DNA from: Eledone cirrhosa
Lineage: Eukaryota
Reading direction: 5' to 3'
Length of the DNA stretch: 64,000 nucleotides
NCBI GenBank assembly: GCA_964016885.1
Contig: OZ024751.1
Location: 35,216,001-35,280,000, forward strand
Shown here: positions 12,665-25,545 of the stretch, in pieces
How the letters are laid out: every line of letters begins with the position of its first letter
Numbering within the stretch: the stretch's first letter is position 1
The notes under the pieces: model-generated
Database searches by the model: none
What the model was told of the DNA's origin: nothing
Seen by the model: the letters and a program-made list of their open reading frames with translations, nothing else
Translations under genes and position numbers: made by a program

Positions 12665-14474
12665 TATCTATCTACCTGTCTGTCCATCTGGTCGCCAGAC
12701 TGCCTATCTATCTATCTACCTGACTGTCCATCTGGTCGCCAGACTGCCTATCTATCTATCTACCTGTCTGTCCATCTGGTCGCCAGACTGCCTATCTATC
12801 TACCTGTCTGTCCATCTGGTCGCCAGACTGCCTATCTATCTATCTACCTGACTGTCCATCTGGTCGCCAGACTGCCTATCTATCTATCTACCTGACTGTC
12901 CATCTGGTCGCCAGACTGCCTATCTATCTATCTACCTGTCCGTCCATCTGGTCGCCAGACTGCCTATCTATCTATCTACCTGACTGTCCATCTGGTCGCC
13001 AGACTGCCTATCTATCTATCTACCTGTCTGTCCATCTGGTCGCCAGACTGCCTATCTATCTACCTGTCTGTCCATCTGGTCGCCAGACTGCCTATCTATC
13101 TATCTACCTGTCTGTCCATCTGGTCGCCAGACTGCCTATCTATCTATCTACCTGTCCGTCCATCTGGTCGCCAGACTGCCTATCTATCTATCTACCTGTC
13201 TCTCCATCTGGTCGCCAGACTGCCTATCTATCTATCTACCTGTCTGTCCATCTGGTCGCCAGACTGCCTATCTATCTACCTGTCTGTCCATCTGGTCGCC
13301 AGACTGCCTATCTATCTATCTACCTGTCTGTCCATCTGGTCGCCAGACTGCCTATCTATCTATCTACCTGACTGTCCATCTGGTCGCCAGACTGCCTATC
13401 TATCTATCTACCTGTCTGTCCATCTGGTCGCCAGACTGCCTATCTATCTATCTACCTGTCTGTCCATCTGGTCGCCAGACTGCCTATCTATCTATCTACC
13501 TGTCTGTCCATCTGGTCGCCAGACTGCCTATCTATCTATCTACCTGTCTCTCCATCTGCCTATCTATCTATCTACCTGTCTGTCCATCTGGTCGCCAGAC
13601 TGCCTATCTATCTACCTGTCTGTCCATCTGGTCGCCAGACTGCCTATCTATCTATCTACCTGTCTCTCCATCTGGTCGCCAGACTGCCTATCTATCTATC
13701 TACCTGTCTCTCCATCTGGTCGCCAGACTGCCTATCTATCTATCTACCTGTCTCTCCATCTGGTCGCCAGACTGCCTATCTATCTACCTGTCTGTCCATC
13801 TGGTCGCCAGACTGCCTATCTATCTATCTACCTGTCTCTCCATCTGGTCGCCAGACTGCCTATCTATCTATCTACCTGTCTCTCCATCTGGTCGCCAGAC
13901 TGCCTATCTATCTATCTACCTGTCTCTCCATCTGGTCGCCAGACTGCCTATCTATCTATCTACCTGTCTCTCCATCTGGTCGCCAGACTGCCTATCTATC
14001 TATCTACCTGTCTCTCCATCTGGTCGCCAGACTGCCTATCTATCTATCTACCTGTCTCTCCATCTGCCTATCTATCTATCTACCTGTCTCTCCATCTGGT
14101 CGCCAGACTGCCTATCTATCTACCTGTCTGTCCATCTGGTCGCCAGACTGCCTATCTATCTATCTACCTGTCTCTCCATCTGGTCGCCAGACTGCCTATC
14201 TATCTATCTACCTGTCTCTCCATCTGGTCGCCAGACTGCCTATCTATCTATCTACCTGTCTCTCCATCTGGTCGCCAGACTGCCTATCTATCTATCTACC
14301 TGTCTGTCCATCTGGTCGCCAGACTGCCTATCTATCTATCTACCTGTCTCTCCATCTGGTCGCCAGACTGCCTATCTATCTATCTACCTGTCTCTCCATC
14401 TGGTCGCCAGACTGCCTATCTATCTACCTGTCTGTCCATCTGGTCGCCAGACTGCCTATCTATCTATCTACCTG
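12665..14474. repeat. 44/40-bp TATC-containing satellite (~42 units)
   Basis: Unit cctatctatctatctacctgtctgtccatctggtcgccagactg. Confidence 0.97.
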
Positions 14475-14727
14475 AGACTGTGAATCCTTCTTGGATTTCT
14501 TAACAGCAGCTGCGGCAGATTTCTTGGAAAGAAGGACGGTCTGGATATTTGCTAATACACCACCCTGGGCAATGGTGACACCCGACAATAGTTTATTCAA
14601 TTCTTCATCATTACGGATGGCAAGTTGCAAATGACGGGGGATGATTCGAGATTTTTTGTTGTCCCTTGCAGCATTGCCAGCCAACTCGAGCACCTCAGCA
14701 GCGAAATACTCCATCACTGCAGCCAAA
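14471..14727 (-). pseudogene. H2A: Histone H2A (H2A.X-like) C-terminal-half fragment
   Basis: [69 protein letters not shown]...SQSQ. N-terminal half absent; substitutions at conserved sites; extended tail ending SQ suggests H2A.X. Confidence 0.92.
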
Positions 14728-15700
14728 GACCGAGGGAAATGGGCGATTGGCACATCGAATGTGCTCAGGCGCTCACAGCCCTCTGGCAGGCGGACCCGGC
14801 GATCAGTGGAGACTCCATTTCGTCATTCTATAGAGGGTTGATCCGCAGCAAGTGCGACGACGCGCTCGGTGAAACTCTAGGCGTAGAGGAAGATGAACTG
14901 GCCAGTCTGTTCGGTAGGACCTTCCGCCCGGGACCGATGGACAACTTCCAAAAGTCCCTGGCTTGGCAGTGCTACCGAGGAGCTCTACCAGTTTGAGACA
15001 AGCTCTACAGACATGGGCGCCCGGGCAGGGACCCTGCAAAAAAGATCTGTCCGAGGTGCGTGCGAGACGAAGAAACCGTCGCGCACGCATTCATACACTG
15101 CCCGGGCGTCACTGACCTGTGGGGCTATGTAGAACGACTATTGTCGCGGGTGGGACCAATCCGGTTGACCACCGAGTCCATTGTCATGATCAAACCGCCA
15201 CCCTCCTTCAAAAACGAAGGAGAGGCGGTTTTCCTTTGTGTGATAGCTATGGCGAAAGAGGTTGTATGGTGGACAAGGTTGAAAGGGCTGAGGTCAGACA
15301 CCTTTCTCTCCGGCCAACAACCGATTCTTTTTTTCAAATACCACTTTGGAAGAAGAATCAGGATGGAGAGAGAGGTGCTGTACCCCAGCAAGTTTTATGA
15401 AAGGTGGGTGAAAGTGGCGAGAATGGCCCGACTGAATGGGCCTTCTCTCTATATCAGCCTGTAGGTTGAGGAAAAGAAGGAGGAGAGGAAAGGAGTACAA
15501 ACTCTTCGTACTCCTGGAGATGAGGGTTGCACATTTTTTTCGGGGGTATATGTTACCCATATAAACTGTCTCCCCCTATTGGGGAAAATCGACTAACTTT
15601 TTAAATTGCATTTGTGATAACATTTTACGTTTTTATTGTATGTAAACTTCCCCCTTTGTATGTGTCCCCTTCTTTTGTGCCCCTGTGGCTAATAAAGAAA
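14725..15700 (+). mobile_element. 5'-truncated L1/Tx1-type non-LTR retrotransposon (ORF2 C-terminal zinc knuckle + 3' UTR)
   Basis: LAWQCYRGALPV*DKLYRHG...ICPRCVRDEETVAHAFIHC (CCHC, zf-RVT-like), stop at 15464, 3' end gtggctAATAAAgaaa. One premature TGA at 14994-14996. Confidence 0.85.
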
Positions 15701-16092
15701 CATATCTATCTACCTGTCTGTCCATCTGGTCGCCAGATTGTCGGACTATTTCACTGTATATCTATCTATCCGACCGTATATATGTGTCTGCTTATCTACG
15801 TGTGTGTGTGAAATGTAGTCACTCAAACGTAAATGACCATAATATTAGTCGGTCACTATAAATAATAGTTGAGAAAAGCCAGGTAAAAATAACCCTGGGG
15901 ACGGGAGAAGAATTTAACAGGTGTCTGCGAGGAATCGAACCCTATATCTCTCGGATATCAGGTCAGCTCTCAAATATTATAGTGACCGACTACTATCATT
16001 TTAATCACTTACGTTGCGACTACTACCTTTCAGTCTTAAGTCAACCTGATGTTCACACACACACACACACATATGTATAAATATATATATAT

Positions 16093-16382
16093 AGAAAAAA
16101 AGATGAAATCGAAAATGCAATTGGAGTCTTATTTAAAAAATATATATATATATTTATTTGGTTCCTTTACTAGTTTCGCAGTTCTTCTGCTTTTCAAAAG
16201 TAGAGTTGAGATGGAGGGTCTGTGGTTTTTCCCACAGATGTGAGAAAAACCACAGACCCTCCATCTCAACTCTACTTTTGAAAAGCAGAAGAACTGCGAA
16301 ACCGGTAAAGGAACCAAATAAATATATATATTTTTTAAAAAAATAAGACTCCAGTTGCATTTTCGATTTCATCTTTTTTTCT
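16093..16382. repeat. ~290-bp near-perfect palindrome carrying hammerhead-like motifs on both arms
   Basis: Arms of about 143 bp centred near 16237. Motif TTGAAAA-GCAG-aagaa-CTGC-GAAA-CCGG-TA at 16278-16307 and its mirror at 16163-16202. Confidence 0.9.
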
Positions 16383-16442
16383 TTATACTTTCACTCGTGT
16401 AGGACACCTCGGTTATTTTTCATTTTGTAAAAAAAACCTCAC

Positions 16443-16475
<33 letters not shown>

Positions 16476-16859
16476 ACATAGATTTCACCTAGGCGTTACT
16501 CCGAGTTTCGCTACGAGTGCTTGTTATTAACTGCGTTATATATCGACACAGCTGTCTGTGTGTGTGTATATATATATACACACACACACACACATAAACG
16601 TGAGGAAGGTGTATTTGATACATCTCGCAGATAATGTGTATGTGTGAGTATGTACAATAAGTACATGTCGCTTCTTCAATGTAAGAATGTCAATAATATG
16701 TATGTGTATATATATATATATACAGACACACGTATATATAGCTGGAGAGAGAGAGGAGGGATGTCCAACAATATAGTGGGATTTGCTTCCAAAAGGGAAT
16801 TTCTTTATTCGGTTGTCACCCAATCTGACAACAAACGTTTATAACAAATATTATACACA

Positions 16860-17606
16860 AATATTGCATATATATATATTATACACAAATATATATATAT
16901 ATATATATACTACAGTATATATATATATATTACAGTATATATATATATATATATATATATTACAGTATATATATATATACTACAGTATATATATATATAC
17001 TACAGTATATATATATATATACTGTAGTATATATATATATATACTGTAGTATATATATATATACACTACAGTATATATATATATATACTGTAGTATATAT
17101 ATATACTGTAATATATATATATATATATACTGTAATATATATATATATATATATATACTGTATATATATACTACATATATATATACTACAGTATATATTT
17201 ATATATATATATATACTGTATATATATACTACATATATATATACTACAGTATATATTTATATATATATATATACTGTATATATATACTACATATATATAT
17301 ACTACAGTATATATTTATATATATACTGTATATATATACTACATATATATATACTACAGTATATATATATATACTACAGTATATATATATATATACTGTA
17401 GTATATATATATATATACTGTAGTATATATATATATATACTGTAGTATATATATATATATACTGTAGTATATATATATAAATATACTGTAGTATATATAT
17501 ATAAATATACTGTAGTATATATATATATACTGTAGTATATATATATAAATATACTGTAGTATATATATATATACTACAGTATATATATATATATATATAT
17601 ACTGTA

Positions 17607-17648
<42 letters not shown>

Positions 17649-17857
17649 ATATATATATATACTGTAGTATATATATATATACTACAGTATATATATATAT
17701 ACTACAGTATATATATATATATACTACAGTATATATATATATACTACAGTATATATATATATACTACAGTATATATATATATATACTACAGTATATATAT
17801 ATATACTACAGTATATATATATATATACTACAGTATATATATATATATATACTACAG
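16860..17857. repeat. (TA)n satellite punctuated by CTACAG/CTGTAG
   Basis: Seen directly. Confidence 0.95.
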
Positions 17858-18209
17858 GTATATCACGGACCTCTACAAACTATTATATGTAAGATATATA
17901 ATATACATGTAGGCCATTCTCTGTAGGCCTGGGATCGTTTCAAGATAAGCTATGATATAGTATGGATGTGGGCATTGAGCAATACTGCACCCTAAGACTT
18001 ATGATAGGGCTATGATTTGAGGGAGATTGGCAGTTATTTATAGTAGGTCGATTGACATTGCTAACTAAAGGAATCCATAGTTGACTCCTTTTCGTATATA
18101 TCAGTTGAGAAGGTGTTGGGTGTGTCATATTGGGAAGGAAAGAAAGGTGGAACTAATTACTTAACAGGTAGGCAATAACGACTGTCTTAGAGGTCTTTGT
18201 AAGGTAAAT

Positions 18210-20019
18210 TATCTATCTACCTGTCTGTCCATCTGGTCGCCAGACTGCCTATCTATCTATCTACCTGACTGTCCATCTGGTCGCCAGACTGCCTATCTAT
18301 CTATCTACCTGTCTGTCCATCTGGTCGCCAGACTGCCTATCTATCTACCTGTCTGTCCATCTGGTCGCCAGACTGCCTATCTATCTATCTACCTGACTGT
18401 CCATCTGGTCGCCAGACTGCCTATCTATCTATCTACCTGACTGTCCATCTGGTCGCCAGACTGCCTATCTATCTATCTACCTGTCCGTCCATCTGGTCGC
18501 CAGACTGCCTATCTATCTATCTACCTGACTGTCCATCTGGTCGCCAGACTGCCTATCTATCTATCTACCTGTCTGTCCATCTGGTCGCCAGACTGCCTAT
18601 CTATCTACCTGTCTGTCCATCTGGTCGCCAGACTGCCTATCTATCTATCTACCTGTCTGTCCATCTGGTCGCCAGACTGCCTATCTATCTATCTACCTGT
18701 CCGTCCATCTGGTCGCCAGACTGCCTATCTATCTATCTACCTGTCTCTCCATCTGGTCGCCAGACTGCCTATCTATCTATCTACCTGTCTGTCCATCTGG
18801 TCGCCAGACTGCCTATCTATCTACCTGTCTGTCCATCTGGTCGCCAGACTGCCTATCTATCTATCTACCTGTCTGTCCATCTGGTCGCCAGACTGCCTAT
18901 CTATCTATCTACCTGACTGTCCATCTGGTCGCCAGACTGCCTATCTATCTATCTACCTGTCTGTCCATCTGGTCGCCAGACTGCCTATCTATCTATCTAC
19001 CTGTCTGTCCATCTGGTCGCCAGACTGCCTATCTATCTATCTACCTGTCTGTCCATCTGGTCGCCAGACTGCCTATCTATCTATCTACCTGTCTCTCCAT
19101 CTGCCTATCTATCTATCTACCTGTCTGTCCATCTGGTCGCCAGACTGCCTATCTATCTACCTGTCTGTCCATCTGGTCGCCAGACTGCCTATCTATCTAT
19201 CTACCTGTCTCTCCATCTGGTCGCCAGACTGCCTATCTATCTATCTACCTGTCTCTCCATCTGGTCGCCAGACTGCCTATCTATCTATCTACCTGTCTCT
19301 CCATCTGGTCGCCAGACTGCCTATCTATCTACCTGTCTGTCCATCTGGTCGCCAGACTGCCTATCTATCTATCTACCTGTCTCTCCATCTGGTCGCCAGA
19401 CTGCCTATCTATCTATCTACCTGTCTCTCCATCTGGTCGCCAGACTGCCTATCTATCTATCTACCTGTCTCTCCATCTGGTCGCCAGACTGCCTATCTAT
19501 CTATCTACCTGTCTCTCCATCTGGTCGCCAGACTGCCTATCTATCTATCTACCTGTCTCTCCATCTGGTCGCCAGACTGCCTATCTATCTATCTACCTGT
19601 CTCTCCATCTGCCTATCTATCTATCTACCTGTCTCTCCATCTGGTCGCCAGACTGCCTATCTATCTACCTGTCTGTCCATCTGGTCGCCAGACTGCCTAT
19701 CTATCTATCTACCTGTCTCTCCATCTGGTCGCCAGACTGCCTATCTATCTATCTACCTGTCTCTCCATCTGGTCGCCAGACTGCCTATCTATCTATCTAC
19801 CTGTCTCTCCATCTGGTCGCCAGACTGCCTATCTATCTATCTACCTGTCTGTCCATCTGGTCGCCAGACTGCCTATCTATCTATCTACCTGTCTCTCCAT
19901 CTGGTCGCCAGACTGCCTATCTATCTATCTACCTGTCTCTCCATCTGGTCGCCAGACTGCCTATCTATCTACCTGTCTGTCCATCTGGTCGCCAGACTGC
20001 CTATCTATCTATCTACCTG
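18210..20019. repeat. 44/40-bp TATC satellite, duplicate copy
   Basis: Same as 12665-14474, offset 5545. Confidence 0.97.
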
Positions 20020-20272
20020 AGACTGTGAATCCTTCTTGGATTTCTTAACAGCAGCTGCGGCAGATTTCTTGGAAAGAAGGACGGTCTGGATATTTGCTAA
20101 TACACCACCCTGGGCAATGGTGACACCCGACAATAGTTTATTCAATTCTTCATCATTACGGATGGCAAGTTGCAAATGACGGGGGATGATTCGAGATTTT
20201 TTGTTGTCCCTTGCAGCATTGCCAGCCAACTCGAGCACCTCAGCAGCGAAATACTCCATCACTGCAGCCAAA
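20016..20272 (-). pseudogene. H2A: Histone H2A (H2A.X-like) fragment, duplicate copy
   Basis: Same translation as 14471-14727. Confidence 0.92.
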
Positions 20273-21245
20273 GACCGAGGGAAATGGGCGATTGGCACAT
20301 CGAATGTGCTCAGGCGCTCACAGCCCTCTGGCAGGCGGACCCGGCGATCAGTGGAGACTCCATTTCGTCATTCTATAGAGGGTTGATCCGCAGCAAGTGC
20401 GACGACGCGCTCGGTGAAACTCTAGGCGTAGAGGAAGATGAACTGGCCAGTCTGTTCGGTAGGACCTTCCGCCCGGGACCGATGGACAACTTCCAAAAGT
20501 CCCTGGCTTGGCAGTGCTACCGAGGAGCTCTACCAGTTTGAGACAAGCTCTACAGACATGGGCGCCCGGGCAGGGACCCTGCAAAAAAGATCTGTCCGAG
20601 GTGCGTGCGAGACGAAGAAACCGTCGCGCACGCATTCATACACTGCCCGGGCGTCACTGACCTGTGGGGCTATGTAGAACGACTATTGTCGCGGGTGGGA
20701 CCAATCCGGTTGACCACCGAGTCCATTGTCATGATCAAACCGCCACCCTCCTTCAAAAACGAAGGAGAGGCGGTTTTCCTTTGTGTGATAGCTATGGCGA
20801 AAGAGGTTGTATGGTGGACAAGGTTGAAAGGGCTGAGGTCAGACACCTTTCTCTCCGGCCAACAACCGATTCTTTTTTTCAAATACCACTTTGGAAGAAG
20901 AATCAGGATGGAGAGAGAGGTGCTGTACCCCAGCAAGTTTTATGAAAGGTGGGTGAAAGTGGCGAGAATGGCCCGACTGAATGGGCCTTCTCTCTATATC
21001 AGCCTGTAGGTTGAGGAAAAGAAGGAGGAGAGGAAAGGAGTACAAACTCTTCGTACTCCTGGAGATGAGGGTTGCACATTTTTTTCGGGGGTATATGTTA
21101 CCCATATAAACTGTCTCCCCCTATTGGGGAAAATCGACTAACTTTTTAAATTGCATTTGTGATAACATTTTACGTTTTTATTGTATGTAAACTTCCCCCT
21201 TTGTATGTGTCCCCTTCTTTTGTGCCCCTGTGGCTAATAAAGAAA
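20270..21245 (+). mobile_element. 5'-truncated L1/Tx1-type LINE, duplicate copy
   Basis: Same as 14725-15700. Confidence 0.85.
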
Positions 21246-21637
21246 CATATCTATCTACCTGTCTGTCCATCTGGTCGCCAGATTGTCGGACTATTTCACT
21301 GTATATCTATCTATCCGACCGTATATATGTGTCTGCTTATCTACGTGTGTGTGTGAAATGTAGTCACTCAAACGTAAATGACCATAATATTAGTCGGTCA
21401 CTATAAATAATAGTTGAGAAAAGCCAGGTAAAAATAACCCTGGGGACGGGAGAAGAATTTAACAGGTGTCTGCGAGGAATCGAACCCTATATCTCTCGGA
21501 TATCAGGTCAGCTCTCAAATATTATAGTGACCGACTACTATCATTTTAATCACTTACGTTGCGACTACTACCTTTCAGTCTTAAGTCAACCTGATGTTCA
21601 CACACACACACACACATATGTATAAATATATATATAT

Positions 21638-21927
21638 AGAAAAAAAGATGAAATCGAAAATGCAATTGGAGTCTTATTTAAAAAATATATATATATATTT
21701 ATTTGGTTCCTTTACTAGTTTCGCAGTTCTTCTGCTTTTCAAAAGTAGAGTTGAGATGGAGGGTCTGTGGTTTTTCCCACAGATGTGAGAAAAACCACAG
21801 ACCCTCCATCTCAACTCTACTTTTGAAAAGCAGAAGAACTGCGAAACCGGTAAAGGAACCAAATAAATATATATATTTTTTAAAAAAATAAGACTCCAGT
21901 TGCATTTTCGATTTCATCTTTTTTTCT
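21638..21927. repeat. 290-bp palindrome with hammerhead-like motifs, duplicate copy
   Basis: Same as 16093-16382. Confidence 0.9.
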
Positions 21928-21987
21928 TTATACTTTCACTCGTGTAGGACACCTCGGTTATTTTTCATTTTGTAAAAAAAACCTCAC

Positions 21988-22020
<33 letters not shown>

Positions 22021-22404
22021 ACATAGATTTCACCTAGGCGTTACTCCGAGTTTCGCTACGAGTGCTTGTTATTAACTGCGTTATATATCGACACAGCTGT
22101 CTGTGTGTGTGTATATATATATACACACACACACACACATAAACGTGAGGAAGGTGTATTTGATACATCTCGCAGATAATGTGTATGTGTGAGTATGTAC
22201 AATAAGTACATGTCGCTTCTTCAATGTAAGAATGTCAATAATATGTATGTGTATATATATATATATACAGACACACGTATATATAGCTGGAGAGAGAGAG
22301 GAGGGATGTCCAACAATATAGTGGGATTTGCTTCCAAAAGGGAATTTCTTTATTCGGTTGTCACCCAATCTGACAACAAACGTTTATAACAAATATTATA
22401 CACA

Positions 22405-23151
22405 AATATTGCATATATATATATTATACACAAATATATATATATATATATATACTACAGTATATATATATATATTACAGTATATATATATATATATATA
22501 TATATTACAGTATATATATATATACTACAGTATATATATATATACTACAGTATATATATATATATACTGTAGTATATATATATATATACTGTAGTATATA
22601 TATATATACACTACAGTATATATATATATATACTGTAGTATATATATATACTGTAATATATATATATATATATACTGTAATATATATATATATATATATA
22701 TACTGTATATATATACTACATATATATATACTACAGTATATATTTATATATATATATATACTGTATATATATACTACATATATATATACTACAGTATATA
22801 TTTATATATATATATATACTGTATATATATACTACATATATATATACTACAGTATATATTTATATATATACTGTATATATATACTACATATATATATACT
22901 ACAGTATATATATATATACTACAGTATATATATATATATACTGTAGTATATATATATATATACTGTAGTATATATATATATATACTGTAGTATATATATA
23001 TATATACTGTAGTATATATATATAAATATACTGTAGTATATATATATAAATATACTGTAGTATATATATATATACTGTAGTATATATATATAAATATACT
23101 GTAGTATATATATATATACTACAGTATATATATATATATATATATACTGTA

Positions 23152-23193
<42 letters not shown>

Positions 23194-24080
23194 ATATATA
23201 TATATACTGTAGTATATATATATATACTACAGTATATATATATATACTACAGTATATATATATATATACTACAGTATATATATATATACTACAGTATATA
23301 TATATATACTACAGTATATATATATATATACTACAGTATATATATATATACTACAGTATATATATATATATACTACAGTATATATATATATATATACTAC
23401 AGTATATATATATATATACTACAGTATATATATATATATACTACAGTATATATATATATATACTACAGTATATATATATATATACTACAGTATATATATA
23501 TATATACTACAGTATATATATATATATACTACAGTATATATATATATATATACTACAGTATATATATATATATACTACAGTATATATATATATATACTAC
23601 AGTATATATATATATATATACTACAGTATATATATATATATACTACAGTATATATATATATATATATACTACAGTATATATATATATATATATACTACAG
23701 TATATATATATATATATATACTACAGTATATATATATATATACTACAGTATATATATATATATACTACAGTATATATATATATATACTACAGTATATATA
23801 TATATATACTACAGTATATATATATATATACTACAGTATATATATATATATATATACTACAGTATATATATATATATACTACAGTATATATATATATATA
23901 TATACTACAGTATATATATATATATATACTACAGTATATATATATATATATACTACAGTATATATATATATATATACTACAGTATATATATATATATATA
24001 CTACACTATATATATATATATACTACACTATATATATATATATATATACTACACTATATGTATATATGTATATATTACAG
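22405..24080. repeat. (TA)n/CTACAG satellite, full-length copy
   Basis: Seen directly; extends about 0.65 kb beyond the duplicated segment. Confidence 0.95.
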
Positions 24081-24170
24081 TGTAGAATATATATTTCTCA
24101 ATATGGCTAAATAGTTTGGTAAAAATATCGACTGGCTATAGAATAGGAGAGTCAACGTGGATGAGTGGGT

Positions 24171-24218
<48 letters not shown>

Positions 24219-24220
24219 CA

Positions 24221-24320
24221 CAGTATGTTCCCTAAAAATGTATACACCCATTGATTACCTGTACAGGCAATATTTATTAGAATGCACAATCTTTGTGTAT
24301 ACATTTTTGGGACACCTTGT
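24221..24320. mobile_element. Tc1/mariner-type MITE
   Basis: TIR-like ends cagtatgttccctaaaaatgtatacac / gtgtatacatttttgggacaccttg in TA context. Inverted related copy at about 49193-49270. Confidence 0.6.
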
Positions 24321-24334
24321 GTGTGTGTGTATAT

Positions 24335-24833
24335 ATATATACAAACAAATACATTATATATATATATACAAACACATACATTATATATATATATATACAA
24401 ACACATACATTATATATATATATATATACAAACACATACATTATATATATATATATATATACAAACACATACATTATATATATATATATATACAAACACA
24501 TACATTATATATATATATATATATACAAACACATACATTATATATATATATATATACAAACACATACATTATATATATATATATACAAACACATACATTA
24601 TATATATATATATATACAAACACATACATTATATATATATATATATATATACAAACACATACATTATATATATATATATATATATACAAACACATACATT
24701 ATATATATATATATATATATACAAACACATACATTATATATATATATATATATACAAACACATACATTATATATATATATATATATACAAACACATACAT
24801 TATATATATATATATATATACACACACATACAT

Positions 24834-24869
<36 letters not shown>

Positions 24870-24872
24870 TTA
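24335..24872. repeat. (TA)n-caaacacatacatta minisatellite
   Basis: Seen directly; source of the YIYI ORFs. Confidence 0.93.
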
Positions 24873-25239
24873 TACCGATTTTTATTCGAACATTCGTTTA
24901 AAGACGAAGAACAAAACACATCGCAAGTCTTTGATATGCAAAAAATATATGGTAACATTATCCCACCAAACACAGAGAACATTTCTGGCGAATTCATCAG
25001 TGAATGAAACAGAACTAGTCCTGTAAAAGTCAAATACCCAAATTAATTAAAATAAACTAGCTTCTTTCTACCTGATTTTAGTTGTGGTTCCCTTCCGTTT
25101 TAGTTAACGGAACACCATTCTACTATTACTACCATCATATATACGTGTTAGTCCTTAACTACTGATTGGGTCGTAGGGGCGCCGATATGTCTTAAGCATT
25201 TAATCCATCTGGAGACCTTCCCTCTCTTTAGGCCATATA

Positions 25240-25506
25240 TATACATACACACACACACACACATAAATACATACTCACACACACACACACATAAATACAT
25301 ACTCACACACACACACACATAAATACATACTCACACACACACACATAAATACATACTCACACACACACACATAAATACATACTCACACACACACACACAT
25401 AAATACATACTCACACACACACACATAAATACATACTCACACACACACACATAAATACATACACACACACACATAAATACATACTCACACACACACACAC
25501 ATATAT

Positions 25507-25541
<35 letters not shown>

Positions 25542-25545
25542 AGAT
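25240..25545. repeat. (CA)n-taaatacatact minisatellite followed by (GAT)n
   Basis: Seen directly. Confidence 0.9.

Larger units (their letters stand above)
12318..23402. repeat. Tandem segmental duplication, 2 x 5545 bp
   Basis: 12318-17857 recurs at 17863-23402. The ORF track repeats with a constant 5545 offset; no differences noticed by eye. Confidence 0.97.

Noticed and set aside
12665-14474. CRISPR-like appearance of regular repeats
   Set aside because: No unique spacers; eukaryotic tandem satellite.
14460-14753. Functional 97-aa histone variant
   Set aside because: The start lies in LINE antisense sequence (GTG), the N-terminal half of the fold is missing, and conserved residues are mutated.
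24152-25033. Long YIYI/CVCV ORFs (also 46.5-47.4, 51.5-53.6 and 57-60.5 kb)
   Set aside because: Dinucleotide microsatellite translations.
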